The notes under the pieces are model-generated. The model saw nothing but the letters and a program-made list of their open reading frames with translations. It was not told the origin of the DNA and made no database searches. A stretch of 64,000 nt of DNA from Draconibacterium sp. (GTDB lineage: Bacteria > Bacteroidota > Bacteroidia > Bacteroidales > Prolixibacteraceae). The stretch covers positions 8,011 to 72,010 of the forward strand of contig JADIYN010000015.1 in NCBI GenBank assembly GCA_016705335.1, written 5' to 3'. Below are positions 1 through 10,247 of this stretch, piece after piece. Position 1 is the stretch's first letter. Every line of letters starts with the position of its first letter. Position numbers and translations under genes: made by a program.

Positions 1-1334
1 AAGTGCATAATCGCCAATATTTTGCTGTTCGTTTTCGATTCGTTTTCCACGGGCGGTTTCATAGTTTAAATCGAACCCGGTTTGAAAGCTGAACTTAGCG
101 CTGTCGGGTGTAAAATTATAAGTTCCGCGGGCCATAAACGAGTTGAAGGACGACGTGTCCTGGTCTTCGAAAGCAGTTGTGAGTGTTTTGCTCAAATCGG
201 TTAAATCTACAAGGTATTTTTCTTTTTGCCTTTCATAAAGCGAATAGGCGACTAATAAATTAAAGCCGGCGTTTTCACCTAATTTATTTGTTATTTCGGC
301 ACTGTTGTTAAACCGAAGTGTTTTATACCAGGTGTCGTTGGCTTTTTCGTAATACGGTGCAAAAGGTTCGTTGCGGTCAAGCAGGCGTTCTTTGAATAAA
401 TCCGACTTTAAACGAAGTTTTGTTTTCTCGGTATTATAATAATATGACAGCCCTCCATTATATTGTTCCTTTGGTTTCCATTGTTTTGAGCGTGTATCTT
501 CAAGCGAATAACCGCTGAAAAAATTGCGGCCTCCGTTTACTTCGAAAGCATTTTTTTTGTGGCGAATTGAAGTTAGAAAATTAAAATTGTAGGTTCCAAT
601 ACTTTCATAATACGAGTTTACACTTGTTTTGTATTTGGCATGCGAACTGTTTTCGGTAATAATATTGATAACACCACCCAGTGCATTACTTCCATAAATC
701 ACCGACATAGGGCCTTCAACCATTTCAATCTGACTTACATTGTCGAGATTTAGCTGGCTTAAATCAATATTGCCATCTAATCTTCCAATCACAGGAACTC
801 CGTCAACAAGAATTTTAATATTTTCACCCGTTACTCCCTGCAACGACATGCTGGTTCCTGTTGATGGATCATTGGAAAGCCTGATGCCCAGTTCATCGGA
901 TAAAATTCCGGCAAGATTTGTAGCTGCCTTACTTTCAATGCGGTCTTTGCCGATAAGTTTTATATCGTATATAGATTTATCGGCGCTGACGGGTTTAAAT
1001 TGACCGGTTACCACCACAGAATTTAGTTCGTAATAGGAAGGTTTTAAAACATAGGTTTTTGCAGCAACTCCCGGTGAAAGTGTATCAATTAAAGCCTCGA
1101 AACCCATACAACTGATGCTTATTATTTTTCTCTGATTGAGCGAAAAGTTAACAGTGCCACTTAAATCGGTTATGTAGTAATCCTTTGTTTGATTGTCCAG
1201 ACTTTCCACACAAATATTTGCATACGGAACCGGTTCTCCCTTTGAGGTTTCAGCATCAAGTACCTTAACTTTTACTTCCTGGGCAAAAGCTAAAGTACTT
1301 AAACAGACAGCAAAAATATGATTTTTATATTCAT
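1..1334 (-). CDS. TonB-dependent receptor, HmuR/CirA-like (N-terminal part; runs off window start; frameshift in signal peptide)
   Basis: Manual minus-strand translation: signal ...LSTLAFAQ, CarboxypepD_reg-like domain (EPVPYANI..ISYVGF), VVVTGQ, plug motifs ILVDGVPVIGR and IEMVEGPMSVIYGSNALGGVINIIT. ATG at 1334 is out of frame with the body by one base. Confidence 0.85.
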
Positions 1335-1362
1335 CAATTTAATTGAGTAAAAGCCGCGAAAT

Positions 1363-1397
1363 GAAATACCGGTTGTCGTTGAAACAACCAGTATTTC
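1363..1397 (-). terminator. Intergenic stem-loop between the HmuY-like gene and the TonB receptor (terminator or mRNA-stability hairpin)
   Basis: gaaatac-cggttgt ... acaacc-a-gtatttc imperfect inverted repeat just after the stop at 1412. Confidence 0.5.
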
Positions 1398-1411
1398 TTA
1401 TTAATAAAAAT

Positions 1412-2647
1412 TTATTTTTTTAAAAACTTAACCGTTTTTGCTTCGTTTCCCGAACGAACATGTAAGTTATACAAGCCAGTTGGCAAAGCACTTATATTCA
1501 GTATATTTTTGTTTAATCCGGTATTTTCTGAATTTTTGGTTTTTAATACAACCTGACCCGCCATGTTATAAATTGTAAATTCTGTAACTCCGCTAAAATC
1601 GTGAATTACATTGATTTCCTGAGACGCCGGATTTGGATAAACGGTTAAATTACGATCCGAAATGTTTTTAATTCCGGTAGCGTCCATTTTGGTTTTTACA
1701 AACGAATAAGTACCGGTCGCACTTCCGCTAAAACCTGTAAAATACAGTTTCCAGATTGATTTATCTGCACTAACAGTATCCTGAATAAAATACACGATAT
1801 CATCAGCAACCTCATACTGAAAAGTACCCATATTAAACGATTTCCAATCTGAACCAAATTGTGAAATTGTATCGTTGAACATTGATTTTTGGTAGTCTTT
1901 AAATTCGCTTTGCGAAACTCCGTTTACCTGTTGTATTTTAACTCCTGCATTCGATAAAACTCCAGTAACGTAATAAGGAATGTTGTAATCGTAATATCTT
2001 GTAAACAATAGCTGCCATCTTTCGGCAGGTTCCTGATCTACAACTGCATTGTTTGCCAATGAAAAGTGGATAAACGATTTACCTGCGTAATTATTTGCAT
2101 TAAGTATTATTGTAGTATCATTCTGTCCATCCAGATCGGCATATTTAAATGTCCAAACATTTTGAACCGCCTTTTTTTGCTGGATAATTAGTTTTTTAAA
2201 ACTTTCGTTGGCCAGCTTAACAATGAAAATGCTATCGCCCGAAATGTAATGAGATGCCATATTGTAGGTTCCCCAGCCATAATCAAATTCATTTCCGGGT
2301 ACTGTGTTGGCGTTAAAAGCTCCATATTCCCAGTCAACTATCGAGTTGTACATTGGTTTCCAGGCCATTCCTGTTGTGTCAACTGTTTCCCAGCTGCCAA
2401 TCGCTCCATTTGGCCAGGTATAAACCATTACGCCACTTCCGTTGTTTGCCAAAACCGAAACACTCATTTGCTGGGTGTTAAAAGCAAGGTCCCAACTGTT
2501 TCGGGGAACTGTTTTCAAAACATCATTATCAAAATTATAGTAAACTTCATTTGCATAGTTTTCTCCGGTAGCCACATCCACCTGAGCATGCGATATAGCC
2601 GGAATAATAATAATTATTGAAAATAGAAATGTAAAAATTGATTTCAT
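1412..2647 (-). CDS. Secreted protein with two HmuY-like repeats and a T9SS type A C-terminal sorting domain
   Basis: SPI signal (ISHA|Q). Repeat 1 NEVYYNF..SWDLAF and repeat 2 FIHFSL..RWQLLFTRY resemble HmuY W-D-L-x-F motifs. CTD VYPNPA..IYNMAGQ..GLYNL..KFLKK. Directly upstream of a TonB receptor. Confidence 0.75.
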   Translation of the reverse strand: MKSIFTFLFSIIIIIPAISHAQVDVATGENYANEVYYNFDNDVLKTVPRNSWDLAFNTQQMSVSVLANNGSGVMVYTWPNGAIGSWETVDTTGMAWKPMYNSIVDWEYGAFNANTVPGNEFDYGWGTYNMASHYISGDSIFIVKLANESFKKLIIQQKKAVQNVWTFKYADLDGQNDTTIILNANNYAGKSFIHFSLANNAVVDQEPAERWQLLFTRYYDYNIPYYVTGVLSNAGVKIQQVNGVSQSEFKDYQKSMFNDTISQFGSDWKSFNMGTFQYEVADDIVYFIQDTVSADKSIWKLYFTGFSGSATGTYSFVKTKMDATGIKNISDRNLTVYPNPASQEINVIHDFSGVTEFTIYNMAGQVVLKTKNSENTGLNKNILNISALPTGLYNLHVRSGNEAKTVKFLKK

Positions 2648-2779
2648 GATAATACTTTTTAAATTGTAATTCTAATTGTTTGTGTTTGTTTCGAAATGCC
2701 GAAACAACTGTAAAATGTTCAATCTGCTTCGCTCACGCAAGACAGATTTCGTTATGATATAAATTCAGAAATGAAACGA

Positions 2780-3118
2780 TTAACAGGGTAAAAAGTTAAA
2801 AACAGGTGGTGCTTTGTTTCCGGAATTCGCAAAGAAAGGTGATTTCCACTTTTCACGAACATTTTTGGAATGGATTTTTTGAATAACAGAATCTTCGAAT
2901 TCAGTAAAAATGTTTTGATGAATTTCAATTGAATCGAAATGGATTTGATGTGAATTACTCGCAGTCAAAACAACTTCCTGACAGATTTGAATGTTCTCAA
3001 ATTGCTGTTTTTCAGTTAATATATTGGATTTTGGCTCGGCAGAAAATAAAAATACAAATGGTAAACATACCGTAAGTATCAGGGTTAAAATCTGACCTGT
3101 TGCTCCAACAAAAAACAT
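2780..3118 (-). CDS. Small N-terminally anchored protein ending NKAPP; candidate regulatory uORF / arrest peptide
   Basis: 112 aa with hydrophobic N-terminus, hydrophilic linker and KAPP at 2804-2815, 7 codons before the stop. First gene after a TAnnTTTG promoter. Confidence 0.6.
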   Translation of the reverse strand: MFFVGATGQILTLILTVCLPFVFLFSAEPKSNILTEKQQFENIQICQEVVLTASNSHQIHFDSIEIHQNIFTEFEDSVIQKIHSKNVREKWKSPFFANSGNKAPPVFNFLPC

Positions 3119-3141
3119 TTTCGATTAATTTTTAAAGATGT

Positions 3142-3149
3142 CAAAGATA
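3142..3149 (-). promoter_or_regulatory. Bacteroidota sigma70 -7 element TATCTTTG for the uORF-hmuY-like-TBDR unit
   Basis: Exact match to TAnnTTTG, 23 nt upstream of ATG 3118. Confidence 0.6.
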
Positions 3150-3364
3150 GGTTTTTTATGAAAAGAATGTGAATAATACTAATTGATAAATGTTAATTCG
3201 ATTTTTACAGAAATCGCAGGTAATTCGTTTCATAAAAGAAATTGAAACAGATATTTATTGTCAAATATTCATACTTAATTATTTGATTTGTAGAATTATA
3301 TCATTAACTTGAATACCATAATTTTAAGTATTCAAATAAAGGTCAAATCTTAAAAATTCGCAAA

Positions 3365-5239
3365 ATGGAAAAACTAATCTTTTTATTTATCATTACAATT
3401 GCTTTTGCATCCTGCAAACCATCCGCAGAACAGAAAGCCCCGCTAATTCCAATGGAAGACTTTTTTCGGAATCCTGAAAAAACTGCTTTTATGCTTTCTC
3501 CGAATGGAGAGTATTTTTCGTATATGGCACCTTATGAATCGCGGCTAAATGTTTTTGTCCAAAAGATTGGTGCAGAAGAAGCTGTTCGGATTACAAATGA
3601 AACCGAACGTGATATAGCGGGTTATTTGTGGGCTAACAACAACAGGATATTATTTCTTAAAGATACCGGGGGCGATGAAAATTTTCACCTGTATGGTGTA
3701 AATATCGATGGTTCGGACTTAAAAGGATTGACAGTATTTGAAAAAGTAAGAACAACATTAATAGATGAACTTGAGGATATTGAAGACGAAGTAATTGTTG
3801 GACTTAATAAACGTAATCCAACAGTTTTCGATCCGTACCGGTTAAACATTGTAACAGGTGAATTAACTCTGCTGGCCGAAAATCCAGGCAATATTATGGG
3901 CTGGATGACCGACCATGATGGGAAACTCCGGATAGCTGTTGCATCTGACGGAGTTAATACAACTTATCTGTATCGCAACACAGAAGAGGATGAATTTGCA
4001 CCTGTATTAACAACAAGTTTTAAAGAAGCTGTCAATCCCTTAATCTTTACTTTTGATAATAGAATGGTTTATGCTTTATCAAATCTTGAACGCGATAAAC
4101 TGGCTTTGGTAACTTTTGATATTGCGAATGGAAAGGAAAGTGAAATCCTTTTTGAAACCGAAGAAGCTGATCTTACGGGTATGGTTTATTCAAAAAAAGA
4201 TAAAAAACTGTTGGCTGTAAATTGGTATACCGATAAAAGGAAAGAGAGTTTTTTTGATGCGGAATATGAAGCGATGATGAATAAACTAAAAGAAAAATTG
4301 CCTGGTATTGAAGTACGGATAGCCAGCGAAAATAAGGAAGAAGATAAATTTATGATACGCACTTTCAGCGATAAAACGGAGGGTGAATATTATTTTTACA
4401 ACAAGGAAACAGATGAATTGACTTTACTTGCAGAACTTAGTCCCTGGCTTAAAGCTGAAAATATGTGCGAGATGAAAACAGTGAATTACACCTCGCGCGA
4501 TGGGATGAACATTCAGGGTTATCTTACTTTACCCTTAGGTTATAAAGCTGAAAAATTACCTGTTGTAATTAATCCTCATGGTGGTCCATGGGCACGTGAT
4601 AATTGGACTTTTAATCCTGAAGTACAGTTTTTAGCCAACAATGGTTATGCAGTTTTACAAATGAATTTCCGTGGATCAACTGGTTTTGGTAAAGCTTTTT
4701 GGGAAGCCTCATTCAAACAGTGGGGAAAAACAATGCAGAACGATATTTCTGATGGTGTGCAATGGTTAATTGATGAAGGAATTGCCGACCCGGAAAGAAT
4801 TGCCATTTACGGTGGAAGTTATGGTGGGTACGCAACATTGGCAGGACTTTGTTTTTCACCGGATTTGTATGCAGCGGGTGTCGATTATGTGGGCGTTTCA
4901 AACTTGTTTACTTTTATGGAAACCATTCCGCCTTATTGGAAACCAATGTTGGACATGCTTTACGAAATGGTTGGAAATCCTGTAACAGACAGTTTGTTGC
5001 TGGCTGAGGCATCTCCTGTTTATCATGTCGATAAAATTAAAGCACCATTGTTTGTAGCCCAGGGTGCAAATGATCCGCGTGTAAATATTAACGAATCAGA
5101 TCAGATTGTAAATGCATTAAAAGAACGTGGAATTGATGTTGAATACATGGTTAAAGACAACGAAGGACATGGATTTGGGAATGAAGAAAACCGTTTCGAC
5201 TTTTACAGGGCAATGATTGTTTTCTGGATAAACATTTAA
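3365..5239 (+). CDS. S9 family peptidase (dipeptidyl aminopeptidase/acylaminoacyl peptidase), lipoprotein
   Basis: Lipobox FAS|C, HGGP, nucleophile GGSYGG, GANDPRV, EGHGF. Confidence 0.93.
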   Translation: MEKLIFLFIITIAFASCKPSAEQKAPLIPMEDFFRNPEKTAFMLSPNGEYFSYMAPYESRLNVFVQKIGAEEAVRITNETERDIAGYLWANNNRILFLKDTGGDENFHLYGVNIDGSDLKGLTVFEKVRTTLIDELEDIEDEVIVGLNKRNPTVFDPYRLNIVTGELTLLAENPGNIMGWMTDHDGKLRIAVASDGVNTTYLYRNTEEDEFAPVLTTSFKEAVNPLIFTFDNRMVYALSNLERDKLALVTFDIANGKESEILFETEEADLTGMVYSKKDKKLLAVNWYTDKRKESFFDAEYEAMMNKLKEKLPGIEVRIASENKEEDKFMIRTFSDKTEGEYYFYNKETDELTLLAELSPWLKAENMCEMKTVNYTSRDGMNIQGYLTLPLGYKAEKLPVVINPHGGPWARDNWTFNPEVQFLANNGYAVLQMNFRGSTGFGKAFWEASFKQWGKTMQNDISDGVQWLIDEGIADPERIAIYGGSYGGYATLAGLCFSPDLYAAGVDYVGVSNLFTFMETIPPYWKPMLDMLYEMVGNPVTDSLLLAEASPVYHVDKIKAPLFVAQGANDPRVNINESDQIVNALKERGIDVEYMVKDNEGHGFGNEENRFDFYRAMIVFWINI

Positions 5240-5267
5240 AGCCTGAACCAAAAGAATAAAATAAAGC

Positions 5268-5303
5268 AAAAAGCTCTTGCGGATAAATTCACAAGAGCTT
5301 TTT
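5268..5303. terminator. Bidirectional intrinsic terminator
   Basis: aaaaagctcttg / caagagcttttt inverted repeat between convergent genes, flanked by A and T tracts. Confidence 0.8.
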
Positions 5304-5317
5304 GTTTTATAATTCAA

Positions 5318-6568
5318 CTAATCAAACCTTATGGTTTTGTCGGGCGAAATTTTACTTACCAAATAGCTTGGGATTATCAACATAAATGTTGTAATGACCA
5401 AACATCCAATATTTAACAGCAGAATATGTAAAATATTAAAATTCACCGGAACCACGTCAACGTAATAAGTTGCGGGATTTAACCTGATGATGTGAAATGC
5501 CTTCTGAAGTAAAATAATTGCAATTCCTATTACATTTCCCCACAACATTCCGCGGCTGGTAAGAAAAACAGAGGTACAAAAATACTTTCCTGATACTCCA
5601 GTTTGGGCTTCCCAAAGCTTTTAAAACGCCAATCATTGTGCTGCGTTCCAGTATCAAAACAAGCAATGCCGAAATCATATTAAACCCAGCTACCAAAACC
5701 ATTAACGAAAGAATTACCCAAACATTCATGTCTAAAATTGCAAGCCAGTCGAATATTTGCGGATATTGCCTGGTTATGGATTCTGTGCGAAGGATAACAT
5801 CGTTTTCCTGGCTGTAAAAAACCACAAGATTCCTGATTTCGCGTTCTATAATATCAATTTTGCCGAAATCGTTTACAAGTATTTCGAAACCGCTGATTTG
5901 GTCGTTTTGCCAGTCATTTAAGCGCTGAACCTGTTTTATATCGCCAATGATGAAAAGATTGTCAAATTCTTCGAGACTTGTACGGTAAATTCCGCAAACC
6001 TTGAGTTGCAGCATTCGTGGTGTAACTTCATTTTCGTTCAAAAAATAAAGTACTGCCGAGTCGCCGGTTTTTATTTTTAAGAGGTTCGAAACATTTTCCG
6101 ACAGCAAAATTTCATTTACCCGGCTTGTGTCATTTAATTGGGGAAGAACTCCATCAACAAGGTTTTTCTGAAAAAATGTCCAGTTGTAACCCGGTTCAAC
6201 CCCTTTAAAAACAATACCCTGTATTGATTCGTCGGTTTTTATCATTCCCGGTTTAGTTGCAAAAACCTGGATTTTTTGAACTTCAGGCAACGAATCCAAT
6301 TTTCCCAAAAATGGTTGGTTTTTCGAAATGGGAGGTAGTTCGTAGGAGTTTCTCGATTCATAATTCACAATTTGGATGTGTGATCCAAAACCAATTACTT
6401 TGTTCCTTATTTCAGTTTTGAATCCTGTGATTACCGCCACCGAAACAATCATCACGGCCAACCCAAGCGCAATCCGAAAAGCGCAATGCGGATAATTTTC
6501 TTCGATAAAAATTGCTGGTTTGTTTTATCGAAAAACAGCCTGTTCGAAATAAAAAGTTCGGTATTCAT
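5318..6568 (-). CDS. lolE: LolC/LolE-family ABC transporter permease (two frameshifts, probably sequencing errors)
   Basis: Start MNTELFISNRLFFDK at 6568. Fragments 5457-6461 and 5318-5548 carry GFGSHIQI, LILERSTMIGVLKALG and ISPDKTIRFD. Confidence 0.8.
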
Positions 6569-6580
6569 TCCAATTTGGAA

Positions 6581-7618
6581 TTAAATTTTATTCAATACTG
6601 ATTTGTTTTGAATTTCAGCCGGGTTGTCTACAACATCCTCTCTCCTGTTAATAAACGGCAAAATCATCATCGAAACCAAACCAACCAAAATTATCATTAC
6701 GGTAGAAGTGGAATGTGCCACAAAAGCAAAAATTACACCGTTTTCATAACTTACACCATATAACGACAAAGCTTCAATTGCCATAAAATGCCAGGCGCCA
6801 ATTCCTCCCTGCACAGGCGCCACCATTCCGAAACTTGCAAAAACAAAGGTTGTCAATCCGGCAATCGGGTTCAGATCCCTTGTAAAATCGAAGGCAAAAA
6901 ATACGGCATAAAGCATCAGGTAATAGCAAAACCAAATAAAGGCCGAATGAAACCAAAACCACCCTTTTCGTTTTATTGAACGGATGGAAATAAATCCTTC
7001 CTTAAAATTTATAAGTATGGCAACTACTTTTTTAAATACCGAAGTTTGTTTAAACGTGTTTCGGAATAAATAAATTACAACGACAATCGCAACCACACCA
7101 ATAATCAGGTAAGGCGATGTAAAAACACTTGTAAGTTTTTGTTTTATTTCGGGGTTGTGTTGTATAAAACTCAGCATTTGTCCAAACTGCGAAAGAATAA
7201 CCACAAGTAACAGCAATAGCAACGAAAGCACATCGATAAGGCGCTCGGCAACTACTGTTCCGAAAAGTTTTGTAAACGATATTTTTTCGTACCTCGAAAG
7301 CACACCGCAACGCGATACTTCGCCCATGCGGGGGAAAGCCATGTTCATTAAATACCCAACCATTACTGCGATAAATGTATTCGCAAAACGTGGTTTATGC
7401 CCTATTGGTTCTATCATCAAACCCCAGCGTAAAGTGCGGCTGACATGACTTATCAAACCGATAAAAAGCGAAACTGCAACCCAAAAGTAGTTCACTTCAT
7501 TTTTCAATACCGATTTTATACGGTCAATGTCCTGATCTTTGTAAATGAGCCAGAAAATAAATATTCCGAGTGTAAAGAATATAAGGAATTTAAGAATTTT
7601 AATTGCTGTTTTTTTCAA
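6581..7618 (-). CDS. Lysylphosphatidylglycerol synthase TM-domain (UPF0104) flippase-like membrane protein
   Basis: RTLRW, GYLMN..PRMGEVSR, VVAERLID, PVQGGIGAWH motifs; multi-TM. Confidence 0.85.
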   Translation of the reverse strand: MKKTAIKILKFLIFFTLGIFIFWLIYKDQDIDRIKSVLKNEVNYFWVAVSLFIGLISHVSRTLRWGLMIEPIGHKPRFANTFIAVMVGYLMNMAFPRMGEVSRCGVLSRYEKISFTKLFGTVVAERLIDVLSLLLLLLVVILSQFGQMLSFIQHNPEIKQKLTSVFTSPYLIIGVVAIVVVIYLFRNTFKQTSVFKKVVAILINFKEGFISIRSIKRKGWFWFHSAFIWFCYYLMLYAVFFAFDFTRDLNPIAGLTTFVFASFGMVAPVQGGIGAWHFMAIEALSLYGVSYENGVIFAFVAHSTSTVMIILVGLVSMMILPFINRREDVVDNPAEIQNKSVLNKI

Positions 7619-7803
7619 ACCAGATAAATTTTAGAGCTGTGTTTTGTTTATCAAAATTACATTTCGCCAAATTATTCCTACTTTTGCGAATCGAAATTAA
7701 AAAATTAACAACTGCCGTTATCGTAAGCGGCAAAAGTATAAATTTGTTTTGTTAATTTCATAAAAGGCAACTTAGTAATCAGGAGAAATGGACGGGGAGA
7801 GTA

Positions 7804-8568
7804 ATGAGTTTTGTAAAACCAAAAAAAAGTTTGGGTCAGCATTTTTTGATCGATCAGAATATCGCGCGAAAAATTGTTGACAGTCTGGGTTCCGAAACCG
7901 CTGACGTTTTGGAAATAGGCCCGGGAATGGGTGTTCTTACTCAATATCTTCTCAATCGTCCTGAAATCAATCTTCATGTTATCGAAATCGACAGGGATTC
8001 AGTTGCATATCTTCAGGAAAACTTTACACAATTAAAAAATATCTGGAGCGAAGATTTTTTGAAATCGGACCTTGCAGCCAAATTTGAAGGTAATTTTAGT
8101 ATCATCGGCAATTTTCCTTACAACATTTCATCTCAAATATTTTTCAAAGTACTGGGCATGCGCAACCGTATTCCTGAAGTTGTGGGAATGATACAAAAAG
8201 AAGTTGCCGAACGGATTGCATCAAAGCACGGGAATAAAAGTTACGGAATTCTCAGCGTGATTTTACAGGCTTATTACGATATCGAATATCTTTTTACAGT
8301 TTCAGAAAATGTGTTTTTGCCACCGCCAAAAGTTAAATCGGCGGTAATCAGGTTAACGCGGAACAATACAACAGCTCTGCCATGCAGCGAAGTTTTTTGT
8401 TGAAGTTGTAAAGCCGCCTTTAATTTAAGGCGAAAAATGCTGCGGAATTCTTTAAAGGGAATTTGCGAAAATCTGCCTGAACAGTTTGCCGAAAAACGCC
8501 CTGAACAACTTTCGGTAAATGATTTTATTGAGTTGACAACTATTATTGAGAACCTCAAAAAAGGATAG
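7804..8568 (+). CDS. rsmA: 16S rRNA m6,6A1518/1519 dimethyltransferase (frameshift near 8400)
   Basis: [27 protein letters not shown]-terminus [18 protein letters not shown] continues in another frame to TAG 8568. Confidence 0.95.
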
Positions 8569-8573
8569 AATTT

Positions 8574-9789
8574 TTGCTCGATGGTGAAACTGCTTCCGAT
8601 GTACTTGTTGAAATCCCCGAGAACGACAGGCGACGGTTTTTGCGAGTTTTGCCTCCCGAAATTATTGCCAGCAAGTTCCTCGAATTTATGGACTCCGACG
8701 ATGCCGCCGACGTAATGGCCGACCTAGACGAGGAGCGCAAAATTGAAGTTTTAAACGAAATTGAAGACTTTGAACAGGCTGGCGATATTGTTGATCTGCT
8801 GGAATATGAAGAGGACACAGCGGGCGGGATCATGGCAAAAGAGCTTGTGAAAGTGAACGAAAACTGGACCGTTGCCACCTGTTTGCTGGAAATCAGTAAG
8901 CAAGCCCAGGAGGTTGACGAAATTTATTATATCTACGTTATCGACGATTCAGAGAAGTTGAAAGGCGTGCTTTCCCTCAAAAAACTCATCATCACAAACA
9001 CGAATACAAAAATCTCGAATATTTATAACCCCGACATAAAAATGGTAAATACAAATGTCCGCCAGGAGGAAATTGCTGAGATTATGGACAAATATGACCT
9101 TGTTGCCATTCCTGTTGTTGATGAAATCGGGAGGCTGAAAGGGAGGATAACTTTTGATGATGTTATCGATTTTATCAGGGAAGAAGCTGAAAAGGATTAC
9201 CAGATGGTTTCGGGTTTGACCGGTGATGTTGAACCAGGCGACAAAATAAAGGAATTGTTACGCGCCCGTTTTCCGTGGCTGATTATCGGGATGCTGGGTG
9301 GAATTATTGGTTCACTGGTTTTAAGTTCACACGAGCAATCGCTGAGCCGGGTAACCGAACTTGCCTTTTTTATCCCGCTCATTGCCGCTATGGCAGGAAT
9401 GTGGGGTGCAATCATCGGCAATAGTTGTGCAAAGTATCGCTAGCGGGGTAAAAGAACTCGAATCGATATCGCATCGTTTGATTAAGGAAGTTTCGGTGGC
9501 GCTGATCACAGCTTTGTTTTTTTCGTTATTGATTTTTGCTTACGTGTATTTTAGCCGGGGAGATATGAACCTGACTTACACGGTTTCAATCACATTGTTT
9601 ATCGTCATAATTTTTGCCTCATTTTTTGGAACAGTAATTCCCTTGATTTTACACAAAATAAAAATAGATCCGGCCCTTGCTACAGGCCCGTTTATAACAA
9701 CCATGAACGATATTTTGGGCTTGCTGATTTATTTGATGATCGGGAATATTGTTTTTTGGGATACTCTAAAATCTATAATGTGCGGTTAA
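8574..9789 (+). CDS. mgtE: Magnesium transporter MgtE (N-terminus missing, frameshifted)
   Basis: MDSDDAAD, EDTAGGIM, CBS pair, RARFPWL, AAMAG, DPALATGPFITTMND. Confidence 0.9.
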
Positions 9790-10247
9790 AAAGAATTATT
9801 ATCGGCAGAAAAGATATCGCCGATTTCGAAAAACTGAACTTGTATGGAATTGAAGTTAAAATCGATTCCGGCGCATATACTTCAAGTTTTCACTGTCATA
9901 AAATCGAGAAAACTGAAATAGACGGAATAGAGTATATCAAATGTAACTTTCTCGATCCCAGCCATCCGCAATATCACGAAAAAGAATTCTGTTTCGATAA
10001 ATTTAAAATGCGTAGTATAAAAAGTTCGAATGGAGCTGTAGAGGAACGTGTTTCAATTTTAACAGAAATAACCATCTTCGGTGAAAAATATCCCATCGAA
10101 CTCACCCTCACCGAAAGAATTGAGATGAAACATCCGGTTTTGTTGGGTAGAAAGTTTATTTCAAAAAGATTTTTAATAGACACATCACGAAAAAATCTTT
10201 CATTAAAAGGTAAATTAATTGAAATTAAGAAGATTAACAAAACATGA
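9756..10247 (+). CDS. RimK-associated retropepsin-like protease (RimB / putative ATP-dependent zinc protease family)
   Basis: KIDSGAYTSS, KSSNG..EER, LLGRKF; overlaps the rimK start. Confidence 0.85.
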   Translation: MGYSKIYNVRLKRIIIGRKDIADFEKLNLYGIEVKIDSGAYTSSFHCHKIEKTEIDGIEYIKCNFLDPSHPQYHEKEFCFDKFKMRSIKSSNGAVEERVSILTEITIFGEKYPIELTLTERIEMKHPVLLGRKFISKRFLIDTSRKNLSLKGKLIEIKKINKT

